Shown here piece after piece: positions 56,600 through 64,000 of a stretch of DNA of 64,000 nt (positions within the stretch are counted from its first letter, which is position 1; every line of letters starts with the position of its first letter). The notes below the pieces were generated by a model, which had not been told where the DNA came from, ran no database searches, and saw nothing but the letters and a program-made list of their open reading frames with translations. The stretch is taken from assembly GCA_963665235.2 (NCBI GenBank), contig CAXXLX010000001.1, forward strand, positions 1,280,001-1,344,000, written 5' to 3'. Source of the stretch: Candidatus Poribacteria bacterium (GTDB taxonomy: Bacteria; Poribacteria; WGA-4E; WGA-3G). The translations under genes were made by a program, and so were the position numbers.

Positions 56600-59530
56600 T
56601 TATACCGCCTCTATCGCTTCACTTAACACCTCAATTGGGTGCTTTGGATGGATACCGGTTCCGTGTTCAAGTTGATGTCGACAGGAAAATCCTGAGGCTG
56701 TCAACGTAAATTCAGTAGTTTTTTCACGGATAGTTGGGAACAAACGGAGTTCCCCGATGTTCATAGAGAGTTCGTAATGTGTTTTTTCATAGCCGAACGC
56801 GCCTGCCATACCGCAGCAACTTGAATCGATAACTGTCACGTTGTGTGCCGGTGGTAACGAAAGCATCTGCACCGTGGGTTGAATGCCGACAAGGGCTCTT
56901 TGATGACAGTGCCCGTGCAACAGAATATCGCGGGGGTCAGTTTTAAATGTGAGGGGCAGGGTGCCATTTTCATGAATGTGGACTATGAATTCTTCGAAGG
57001 AGCGGGTTGCCTCGGCAACCTGTTTCGCCTTTTTGGTGTTGATAAGTTCGACATAATCGTCGGTAAGGGTGGAGGTACAACTCGGTTCACATCCGACAAT
57101 CGGAATGCCCGCCTTCGCGTACTCGTGGAGCTGTGCAATATTGTACGTTGCATTCTCAATAGCTCTGTCAAGCATCCCTTCAGAGATAAGGGGTCTGCCA
57201 CAACACTTTTTATCGGGTAAGATAACCTCAAATCCTGCTGCTTCTAGCACATGGACTGCTGCCTTGCCGATATTCGGTTCGCTGTGGTTCATAAAGGTAT
57301 CGTGAAACAGGACTACCTTTTTGTCTGAGGTGGCGGGTGTGTGCTGTTTTCGGAACCACTTTTGAAATGTTCGATGAACGAAGGTAGGCATATCGCGTCT
57401 GCGGTCGATGCCGAGCAGTTTTTCAGCTATCCACTTGGCAGGAACGTTGTTGGTCGCCCAGCTAGAGAGCGGGGCGAACGCTGACCCCAGGATAGCAAGT
57501 GCTCCAATCTCTCCGAAGAGGCGATTCCGTAGCGGGAGCCCGTTCGCTTTTCGGTAGTGAGCAAGCACTTCATATTTAATCTTCGCCATGTCAACGTTAG
57601 AGGGACATTCCGCCTTGCAGGCTTTACAACCAAGACACAGGTCGAGGACATCGTAGAGGCGGTCGCTCGTGAAATCGGTATGTGGTAGTGCCCCGGAGAT
57701 GACCAAGCGTAGTGCGTTTGCCCGGCCCCGCGTAGAGTGCTCCTCTTCGCGTGTGCCAATAAAGGAGGGACACATCGTACCCGTGAGCGTCTTGCGGCAT
57801 GCGCCGACCCCGTTGCACATCTCAATTGCCCTCCCAAATCCATCTTGTGACGAAAAATCGAAATAGGTGTCAATTTTAATAGTGTTGTATTTTTTGCCGA
57901 ATCGGAGGTTTTCTGTCATAGGGGGCGGGTCAATAATTTTACCAGGGTTCATAATGCCATCCGGGTCGAAAGCGTTTTTAACCTCGCGGAGTGCCTGATA
58001 AATTTGGGGGCCGAACATACTTTCAATCCATTCGCTTCGAACGAGCCCATCGCCGTGTTCGCCACTCATTGCGCCACCAAGTTCCATAAGTAGGTCGCGC
58101 ACCTCGCGAGCGATATTGTGCATCTTTTCGATATCCGCTTCCGATTTGAGATTGACAATTGGACGGTTGTGGAGCAATCCTACGCTGGCGTGTGCATAAT
58201 AAGCTGCGGTTGTCCCATGTGCCGTGACGATGTCGTCGAACCTGCGGACATATTCGGGTAGATTTTCAATAGGGACAGCGGCATCTTCCACAAATCCGAC
58301 CGGTTTTGCATCCCCTTTCATGCCCATAAGTAAGCCGAGGCCCGCTTTTCGAGTTTCCCAGACGCGTGCCTTCTCTGCGGGGGTGAAACATCGGACGAAT
58401 GCGTAACCGAAGCCGGCACTTTTTAAGGTTTTTTCAAGGTGATTAATTTGCTCGTGCAGTGCAGCTTCTATGTCTCCGTAAAATTCTACTGCGAGGAGTG
58501 CCGCCGGTTCGCCTTCAATAAAGGTGGTAAGCCGTGAAAATTCAAGGGAGCCGCGTGCCATATCGAGTATCGTTTTGTCAATCAGTTCAACAGCTGTGGG
58601 TTTGCATGCCAACACTGTTTGCATCGCTTCCATGGCGGCAACGAGGTCTGTAAAATGAACGACGCAGAGTGCTGTCATTTTGGGGATAGGGACGAGGTTA
58701 ATCTGCGCCTCAACGGTTGTCGCCAGTGTCCCTTCGGAACCGACGAGAATCTTTGTGAGACTAAACGGATGGTCAGCATCACATCCATCTCGTCTATAGG
58801 GGGTTACCTCTTTTGAGCCTGCGTCAGTGACAAATTCATCGAGATTATAGCCTGCAACTCGCCGTAAAATTCGGGGGTATCGTTTCCGAATTTCGGCTGC
58901 ATTGTCAGCACAGATTCTGCACAGTTCGCGATAGATGTTCGCTTCTAACGAGTTTTCCTGCTGCTTTGAAGCGACCTCGTTAAGCGATAGAGGGGCTGCG
59001 GTTATTTCATCGCCGTTGGCAAGGACAAGGTCAAGCGACATCACATGGTCAATCGTTTTGCCGTAGATAAGGGAATGCGACCCTGCGGAGTTGTTACCAA
59101 TAGTGCCGCCAACATTAGCACGGCTGCTTGTAGCAACATCTGGGGCGTACATCAACCCGTGCGGTTTAAGACGGTGATTTAGCTCGTCAAGAACGATACC
59201 GGGCTGCACGCGCGCCCAATGCTCATCGACGTTAACCTCAATGAGTTGATTCATGAACTTAGACATGTCTAGGACAATCGCTTTGCCGACGCTCTGGCCT
59301 GCGAGACTTGTCCCGCCGCCGCGTGGTAGAATCGGCAATTTGTGTTCAGCTGCGATTTGTACCGTCGTAGTGACATCCTGTTTTTGCCGAGGAATGACAA
59401 CGCCTATCGGTTCAATCTGGTAGAGGCTGGCATCTGTGCTGTAAAGTGCTTTTGAATAGGCATCAAAGCGTACCTCTCCCTCAAGTTCTTTCGCGAGAAG
59501 TTGTTCAAGTGCTGGTTCAGAATTTTGCAT
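56600..59530 (-). CDS. FAD-linked oxidase plus 4Fe-4S/CCG domain protein (GlcD/GlcF, YdiJ-like)
   Basis: RGGGTSLAGQ, GEHGDG, CNGVGAC, CLGCKACKAECP, CCG motifs. Confidence 0.92.
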   Translation of the reverse strand: MQNSEPALEQLLAKELEGEVRFDAYSKALYSTDASLYQIEPIGVVIPRQKQDVTTTVQIAAEHKLPILPRGGGTSLAGQSVGKAIVLDMSKFMNQLIEVNVDEHWARVQPGIVLDELNHRLKPHGLMYAPDVATSSRANVGGTIGNNSAGSHSLIYGKTIDHVMSLDLVLANGDEITAAPLSLNEVASKQQENSLEANIYRELCRICADNAAEIRKRYPRILRRVAGYNLDEFVTDAGSKEVTPYRRDGCDADHPFSLTKILVGSEGTLATTVEAQINLVPIPKMTALCVVHFTDLVAAMEAMQTVLACKPTAVELIDKTILDMARGSLEFSRLTTFIEGEPAALLAVEFYGDIEAALHEQINHLEKTLKSAGFGYAFVRCFTPAEKARVWETRKAGLGLLMGMKGDAKPVGFVEDAAVPIENLPEYVRRFDDIVTAHGTTAAYYAHASVGLLHNRPIVNLKSEADIEKMHNIAREVRDLLMELGGAMSGEHGDGLVRSEWIESMFGPQIYQALREVKNAFDPDGIMNPGKIIDPPPMTENLRFGKKYNTIKIDTYFDFSSQDGFGRAIEMCNGVGACRKTLTGTMCPSFIGTREEEHSTRGRANALRLVISGALPHTDFTSDRLYDVLDLCLGCKACKAECPSNVDMAKIKYEVLAHYRKANGLPLRNRLFGEIGALAILGSAFAPLSSWATNNVPAKWIAEKLLGIDRRRDMPTFVHRTFQKWFRKQHTPATSDKKVVLFHDTFMNHSEPNIGKAAVHVLEAAGFEVILPDKKCCGRPLISEGMLDRAIENATYNIAQLHEYAKAGIPIVGCEPSCTSTLTDDYVELINTKKAKQVAEATRSFEEFIVHIHENGTLPLTFKTDPRDILLHGHCHQRALVGIQPTVQMLSLPPAHNVTVIDSSCCGMAGAFGYEKTHYELSMNIGELRLFPTIREKTTEFTLTASGFSCRHQLEHGTGIHPKHPIEVLSEAIEAV

Positions 59531-59643
59531 CCGTTTTTCAGCTCCTGTGCATGTTGCAAGATGTTAGAAAGCTGTGCATCGAGTTAATTCCTCGATATAA
59601 GTATGTCAAAAACAGGGGAGAATGTCAAGTTTTTAAAAAAAAT

Positions 59644-59672
59644 TTGACATTCCGCTTTTAAAAAGGTATAAT
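59644..59672 (+). promoter_or_regulatory. Consensus sigma70 promoter of tRNA-Leu
   Basis: TTGACA-17 nt-TATAAT. Confidence 0.85.
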
Positions 59673-59685
59673 TATAAAATCAAAT

Positions 59686-59768
59686 GCCCCTGTGGTGGAA
59701 TTGGTATACACGGCAGGTTGAGGGCCTGTGCCTTAATTGGCATGCTGGTTCGAGTCCAGTCGGGGGCA
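59686..59768 (+). tRNA. tRNA-Leu (anticodon GAG), CCA not encoded
   Basis: Acceptor gcccctg/cgggggc, anticodon arm gcagg-ttGAGgg-cctgt, long variable arm, ggttcgagtcc T arm. Confidence 0.95.
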
Positions 59769-59774
59769 TCCCTT

Positions 59775-60914
59775 TTATTTTTCCTGCTGCGCCAATAGCT
59801 CCTGATATACCTGATAGGTGCGTTGGGCAATCGTTTCCCAGGTGAACTGTTGTACTCTGACAAGCCCGCGTTTTTGGAGCGTTTCGCTGAGGTTACCCTC
59901 TTTTGCAATTCTGCGTATTTGTGTCGCCAAAGTATTCACATCCGCTTCCGGAAAGATTAACCCCGCATCGCCGATGACTTGAGGTATCTCGCCTGAATCT
60001 GAGCCGATAACGGGTACTTCGCAGGCCATTCCCTCAATAAGCACTCTCCCGAAAAATTCGACCCACTCCGCAGTTGTCCGGGACGGTAAAACAAGCGTAT
60101 CCATACAATTGAGATAGTCGGGTACCTCTTCAGGCGGAATAGCATCTATCCAGACAAGTTTTTCTGCGATTCCGTGCGTTTCTGCGATGTTGTGGAGCCT
60201 CGGTTTATCGTCGCCTCGCCCGACGATTAGGAGTTTATACGGAAAGTCGAGCGTTGCTGCAGCATGTAGGAGCGTATCCACGCCCTTCATCGGAATCAAT
60301 CTACCGACATAACCGATGACGAAGCAATCGTCAAGTCCGAGGGAGGTCTTGAGTTGACTCGCATCTCGTTTCTGGAATAGCGACATGTCGACACCGTTTG
60401 GAAACGGAATTTGTTTACCTGTGTATCCTCTCTCCTTTAAGATTTTGCCAGCATTTTCGCTGAGCGGAAAGGCGATGTCGGTTTCCCGAAAGACGCGCCT
60501 CTCAATCCAAACTGGCAAGGGGCCAAAACGTTGCTTTGTCGGAATACTCATTGAGGTTCGAAAAATGAAGCGGCTGTTTGGACAAAACTTCCGTTTCAAC
60601 CACACAGTTTGCAAAGCGTTCAGGCTCCAAGCTTCCTCTTCGAGATGAATAATATCCGGCTGAAAGTGCTTGAAGTGTTGTGCAATGCCTCGCCGGTAGT
60701 AGAAGCGGCTGCCGTAGCCGGAAAACCGTATCGGACATGGCATCTCTTCACAACGGGTACGCGTCTCCGGTACAAAACGGAGGTGTTGAAAGTTTTCGTA
60801 CCAGCGGTCAGGAGTGAGCACGCGCATCACTACGTCCGGTGCTGCCGCGATGTGTGCGAACTTCTGCCGATACGGTTTCATAATATAGGAATGGGAAAGG
60901 ACTAAAACACGCAC
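59775..60914 (-). CDS. Glycosyltransferase family 4
   Basis: GYVGRL..KG; EFFGRVLIEGMACEVPVIGSDSG. Confidence 0.92.
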   Translation of the reverse strand: MRVLVLSHSYIMKPYRQKFAHIAAAPDVVMRVLTPDRWYENFQHLRFVPETRTRCEEMPCPIRFSGYGSRFYYRRGIAQHFKHFQPDIIHLEEEAWSLNALQTVWLKRKFCPNSRFIFRTSMSIPTKQRFGPLPVWIERRVFRETDIAFPLSENAGKILKERGYTGKQIPFPNGVDMSLFQKRDASQLKTSLGLDDCFVIGYVGRLIPMKGVDTLLHAAATLDFPYKLLIVGRGDDKPRLHNIAETHGIAEKLVWIDAIPPEEVPDYLNCMDTLVLPSRTTAEWVEFFGRVLIEGMACEVPVIGSDSGEIPQVIGDAGLIFPEADVNTLATQIRRIAKEGNLSETLQKRGLVRVQQFTWETIAQRTYQVYQELLAQQEK

Positions 60915-60919
60915 AGGTT

Positions 60920-61276
60920 TTAGGATTCAGTATCCGTTTCGTCACTTTTTACCGTAAAGGTGACTTCGGCTTCAGCATCCTCCCCGTTTTCAGCTGGTTC
61001 CTCAAGGCCCGCCATTAATGCTTCAAGTTTCTTACGAATTCCGGAGCGTTCATCCTCAGTAGCTAACCGCTCCCTTTCGGCTGTCTCCTCTAGGTCCCTT
61101 TTTTGGGATTCTAGTTCTTGAATTCGTGCATCGCGTTGTTGCAAATCGCTGTTAAGACGTTCAACTTCAGCCTCGAGTGCACGCCTTTCTTCTCTTAACG
61201 TTTGAACAGTTGAAATCGCGTGTTCAACATGTTCTTCCAGAAGTGTGACAACGTTTTTTTCTAATGTGTCAGACAT
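60920..61276 (-). CDS. Coiled-coil protein, ZapB-like
   Basis: LEEHVEHAISTVQTLREE heptad coiled coil; AGGAGG RBS. Confidence 0.55.
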   Translation of the reverse strand: MSDTLEKNVVTLLEEHVEHAISTVQTLREERRALEAEVERLNSDLQQRDARIQELESQKRDLEETAERERLATEDERSGIRKKLEALMAGLEEPAENGEDAEAEVTFTVKSDETDTES

Positions 61277-61422
61277 AGAAAAAAGCCTCCTATGATAGAT
61301 TATTGAAAGTTCCTTGTAGGCATATCCACAGTTCTTGCGTTCACGGGTGTTATCTGTTCTGCAATTGATATTTGATAATTATACCACCTGCAAGTTGAAA
61401 TATGCAACTTCTGCCCCCCAGT

Positions 61423-62349
61423 TTATCGGGTTGCGGTTAGTAGCGATAAATGTTCAGCATCTGCCCACTTCGGCTGATTTTGTGCGTAGTGGAACAGATA
61501 TTGTTGTGCGTATCCGACAAATTCGCCGAAATAGTTTTTCGCAAATTCGTGTATTTCGCGGGGCGTTGCCTGCCGCCGGAGGTACACCTGCTCAAAAATG
61601 CGTTTTATCCAGACATCAACCGGCAACGCTTCACCGTGCTCAAGTGAGAAAAGACAGATACAATCGGCTACCTTTTCGCCAACGCCCTTTAAGGTCATTA
61701 ATTCCTGCTTTGCTTCGATGTAGGGCATCTGTTTTAGGACATCAAGGTCGAGGGCCCCGGTCGTTACATTAGCGGCGGCCTGCCAAAGATATTCGGCACG
61801 ATAGCCGGTCCCACATGCAAAAATTGCGTCAACTCCAGCTTCCGCGAGCGTTACTGCTGTCGGAAAGGTATAATCGATGTATCCTTCAAATGTCAACTTC
61901 TCACCGAATTTTTCAGAAAGCGTCCGAATGATACGACGAATCCGAGCTACATTGTTGTTCTGCGATAAGATAAATGAGGCAATAGTTTCCCAAAGCTCTT
62001 GATTCAGAATACGCATCCCCCAGTACTGCACAATGGCACGATGGATATAGGCATCGACATCGACAGCCGCTAAGATGGTAGCTAGGTCACGATGCAGGTC
62101 AAGGTAGTGCTGAACGTACGATGTGAAGGTAGATTCATCCTCTTCGGCGGAGCTCTCAACATTTAAAATATCGTTGCTTTGCCAAATTTTGAGTATCCGC
62201 CCTTCAACAACGCCGCAATATGCGTCATCGACCCGGTGCCATCTAAAGGATTGCCCGGATTCTAGGGTGTATTTCAGGTTAAAGTCTGTAAAATTAGCAA
62301 TCTTTATGGTCATTTGTTGCATTATATCTAAAAACGGAACCGGATGCAA
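61423..62349 (-). CDS. 8-oxoguanine DNA glycosylase (HhH-GPD)
   Basis: TLESGQSFRW, GYRA, LKGVGEKVADCICLF..PVDVW, YAQQYLF. Confidence 0.9.
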   Translation of the reverse strand: MHPVPFLDIMQQMTIKIANFTDFNLKYTLESGQSFRWHRVDDAYCGVVEGRILKIWQSNDILNVESSAEEDESTFTSYVQHYLDLHRDLATILAAVDVDAYIHRAIVQYWGMRILNQELWETIASFILSQNNNVARIRRIIRTLSEKFGEKLTFEGYIDYTFPTAVTLAEAGVDAIFACGTGYRAEYLWQAAANVTTGALDLDVLKQMPYIEAKQELMTLKGVGEKVADCICLFSLEHGEALPVDVWIKRIFEQVYLRRQATPREIHEFAKNYFGEFVGYAQQYLFHYAQNQPKWADAEHLSLLTATR

Positions 62350-62439
62350 GCTATTAAAAAAAAATCATTTGAAAAATCGATTATAATATTGTATCATTAA
62401 AGTATATAATTATTAAAATTGAGGAGCAGACGTTTAAAT

Positions 62440-64000
62440 ATGATTATCTTTCTACGGGAAAAATTTATAGCCCAACTTTTTATGTGGGTTATCGCGATTG
62501 TCTTCGTCGTAGGCTCTATTTTGCTTTACAGCAGCTCAAGTGGGCAGCGCGATGGGCCGGAGGCAGACGTAGTTCTCAAAATTAAGGGATTGGAGGTCAG
62601 GCGGGACGACTTTGAGCAAAGAATCACGAATACCATCGAATCTCGCCGAAATCAGCGGTTTGGCGCAATTGACCGAGAGAAAGCACAAGAGGAAGTGATT
62701 GCGAACGTGATTCAAGGCGCAATACTCGGCAGCGTAAACATTAGCGACGCAGAGGTCGAACACTATATCCGAAGCGATGAAAACCTACTTGTACAGTACA
62801 ATCAATTACCGGAGAACATTGTAGCACAGCTTAGGCAACAGGTCCGCTACTATCTCAGTGCGACAGCACTGCGAGATAGTATTCGAACCCTTGAATTGGT
62901 AACCGACCCCGAAGTGGAACAGGCTTATCAGCTTGAAGCGAACAAGGCTAAAGTCAAGTTTATTGAATTTAAGCACCACGTTTATACGCCGACTGTGGAC
63001 ATTGATGAGGCTGCTGCAAAAGCCTACTTCGAAAAGAACAAGGCGGCTTATAAAACGGAGCAGGAAATAAAGGCAAAGCTCATCGAAATCAGGCCTGCCG
63101 ATTTCGTCTCAGATTCAGACATAGAAGAGTATTATAAAAGGAATCAGAGCAGATTTATGACGGTGGAAGCTGTTAAAGCACGGCACATTTTGAAAAAGTT
63201 CCCTGATAATGCCACAGATGAACAGAAGACGGAGGTCAAAGCAGCTGCGGAAGAGCTCCTTAAAACCGTGAAAACGGAGCTCGCAGCGGGGGCAACGTTT
63301 GCGGATTTGGCAAAAACGCATTCAGAGGGGCCTTCAGGCGAACAGGGCGGAGCCTTGCGTGGCGGAAATCCGAAACTGCCCCCCGGGGACTATTTTGCCC
63401 GCGGGGATATGGTTAAACCCTTTGAAGAGGCATGCTTCGATACGTTAAAGCTCGGTGAAGTCAGCGACCTCGTTGAAACTGTGTTCGGATATCACATTAT
63501 CCAATTGGAGGAGAAAAAACCCGCAGAGGCGCAACCTCTTTTACAAGTAGAGGCGGAAATCCGAGAAAAGTTGGTTAAAATTAACGGGGTAGAGGGGGCG
63601 AAAACTTTTGCCAATGACTTAATTATTGAAATTGAGATTCGGGATTATGATACTGCTCTGGCTCTTGACAAGTATAAGGAGAAATCCCTTATTGTGAAAG
63701 AGACCGGATTCTTTAGTCAAACCACCTCAAATATTCCGGAAATTGGCTCAGCAATTTACTACCGGGGCTTAACTGATGAGCTCTTCGACATGGAGCTGAA
63801 AATCATCAAAAAAATTGAGACGAAGAATTTTAAGGAGGAGGTCACCGCCTATTTTGTTGCTACTGTTCTTGAAAAGAGGGCGGCAGCAATTCCTGAATTC
63901 GCCGATGTCAAAGCACAAGTTATTGACGACATGCGCGAGCAAAAGGCAAAGGAACTTGCATTCGCGGACGCGCAAAAACTGTTTAATCAACGCACAGAAA
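62440..64000 (+). CDS. SurA/PpiD-like peptidyl-prolyl isomerase (partial, runs off window end)
   Basis: Manual translation: MIIFLREKFIAQLFMWVIAIVFVVG TM; VKARHIL, FADLAKTHSE, MVKPFEEACF, FGYHII parvulin motifs. Not in the ORF track. Confidence 0.88.
   Translation, partial: MIIFLREKFIAQLFMWVIAIVFVVGSILLYSSSSGQRDGPEADVVLKIKGLEVRRDDFEQRITNTIESRRNQRFGAIDREKAQEEVIANVIQGAILGSVNISDAEVEHYIRSDENLLVQYNQLPENIVAQLRQQVRYYLSATALRDSIRTLELVTDPEVEQAYQLEANKAKVKFIEFKHHVYTPTVDIDEAAAKAYFEKNKAAYKTEQEIKAKLIEIRPADFVSDSDIEEYYKRNQSRFMTVEAVKARHILKKFPDNATDEQKTEVKAAAEELLKTVKTELAAGATFADLAKTHSEGPSGEQGGALRGGNPKLPPGDYFARGDMVKPFEEACFDTLKLGEVSDLVETVFGYHIIQLEEKKPAEAQPLLQVEAEIREKLVKINGVEGAKTFANDLIIEIEIRDYDTALALDKYKEKSLIVKETGFFSQTTSNIPEIGSAIYYRGLTDELFDMELKIIKKIETKNFKEEVTAYFVATVLEKRAAAIPEFADVKAQVIDDMREQKAKELAFADAQKLFNQRTE

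Noticed and set aside
59686-59775. Integration site at tRNA-Leu
   Set aside because: No integrase or duplicated tRNA 3' end seen in the window

Overview
Bacterial chromosomal window. The gene content (BMC shell, PhyH dioxygenase, Uma2 nuclease, serpin, dense intergenic miniature repeats) suggests a sponge-symbiont-type lineage such as Ca. Poribacteria; this is inference only. Housekeeping genes include lpdA, gltB, the rpsA-metK-ahcY-pfkB cluster, tRNA-Leu(GAG), an 8-oxoG glycosylase and a partial PpiD-like foldase. The strongest candidate for an undescribed system is 33242-37561: a Cys-rich leader ORF ending in an RGPP ribosome-arrest motif, followed by a His-rich metal-binding protein, a degenerate FMN-binding/cytochrome c'-like protein and a Cyc2-like monoheme cytochrome-porin fusion. 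Other highlights: (1) a 371-bp ORF-less IS200/IS605 derivative that resembles a stand-alone omega-RNA sitting at a transcription start; (2) an apparently immobilised IS605 with intact tnpB; (3) an 1105-aa lipoprotein/barrel gene with ExbB-ExbD-ExbD and no TonB; (4) two substrate-binding/OmpA fusions with a VWA protein; (5) tandem fused MNT-HEPN genes; (6) a decayed methyltransferase island; (7) a nested MITE complex. No database searches were run; all family calls come from motif recognition.
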